DNA of 64,000 nt from Scyliorhinus canicula (lineage: Eukaryota), in the NCBI RefSeq assembly GCF_902713615.1, contig NC_052158.1, positions 8,111,196-8,175,195 on the forward strand. Direction: 5' to 3'. The notes below the pieces were generated by a model, which had not been told where the DNA came from, did not search any database, and was given only the letters and a program-made list of their open reading frames with translations. The translations under genes were made by a program, and so were the position numbers. Of this stretch, positions 63,801 through 64,000 are shown in pieces; the stretch's first letter is position 1; every line of letters begins with the position of its first letter.

Positions 63801-64000
63801 GATCCGACCCAGAGAGACCCGCCCAGCGATCCGACCCAGAGAGGCTCCGCCCAGCAAACCGACCCAGAGTGACCCACCCAGCGATCCGACCCAGAGAGAC
63901 CCGCCCAGCGATCCGACCCAGAGAGGCTCCGCCCAGCGATCCGACCCAGAGAGACCCGCCCAGCAAACCGACCCAGAGAGACCCGCCCAGCGATCCGACC
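57875..64000. repeat. 27-bp satellite/minisatellite array (CCCGCCCAGCGATCCGACCCAGAGAGA, with 28-bp variants), >6.1 kb, continues past the window end
   Basis: Roughly 225 tandem copies read directly. Confidence 0.98.

Noticed and set aside
57723-63966. 1200-2000 aa ORFs on both strands
   Set aside because: Artefacts of a 27-bp unit with no stop codon in any frame. The peptides cycle between reading frames at 28-bp variants, and most starts are non-ATG.

Overview
Eukaryotic genomic DNA, very repeat-rich. The SINE/LINE/MITE families look like those of a cartilaginous fish, probably a catshark (Scyliorhinus-like); this is inferred from repeat recognition only. The main host gene is a + strand butyrophilin/BTNL-like gene. 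It has an inferred non-coding first exon (~3590-3689) just behind a perfect IRF-binding element, then signal peptide (4638-4695), IgV (16009-16356), IgC (22006-22290), TM (23992-24111) and three cytoplasmic micro-exons (33, 27, 27 nt). All coding introns are phase 1. No B30.2/PRY-SPRY exon is visible, and a 500-N assembly gap (38475-38974) follows the last exon. Introns and flanks are filled with L1-clade and CR1/L2 LINE fragments (one near-full-length L1 at 38975-44419), tRNA-derived SINEs, solo LTRs with 5-bp TSDs, a Gypsy integrase remnant, PIF/Harbinger transposon remnants and palindromic MITEs with 3-bp TSDs. A CpG-containing, probably bidirectional promoter with a first coding exon of an unidentified gene lies near 55.65-55.91 kb. 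The window ends in a >6 kb 27-bp satellite whose huge ORFs are artefacts. I found no clearly new biological system. The strongest leads concern how the BTN gene is regulated and spliced (interferon element, TE-supplied routes to a soluble isoform, duplicated pre-B30.2 exon with no B30.2 seen) and the target-site preference of the Harbinger MITEs.
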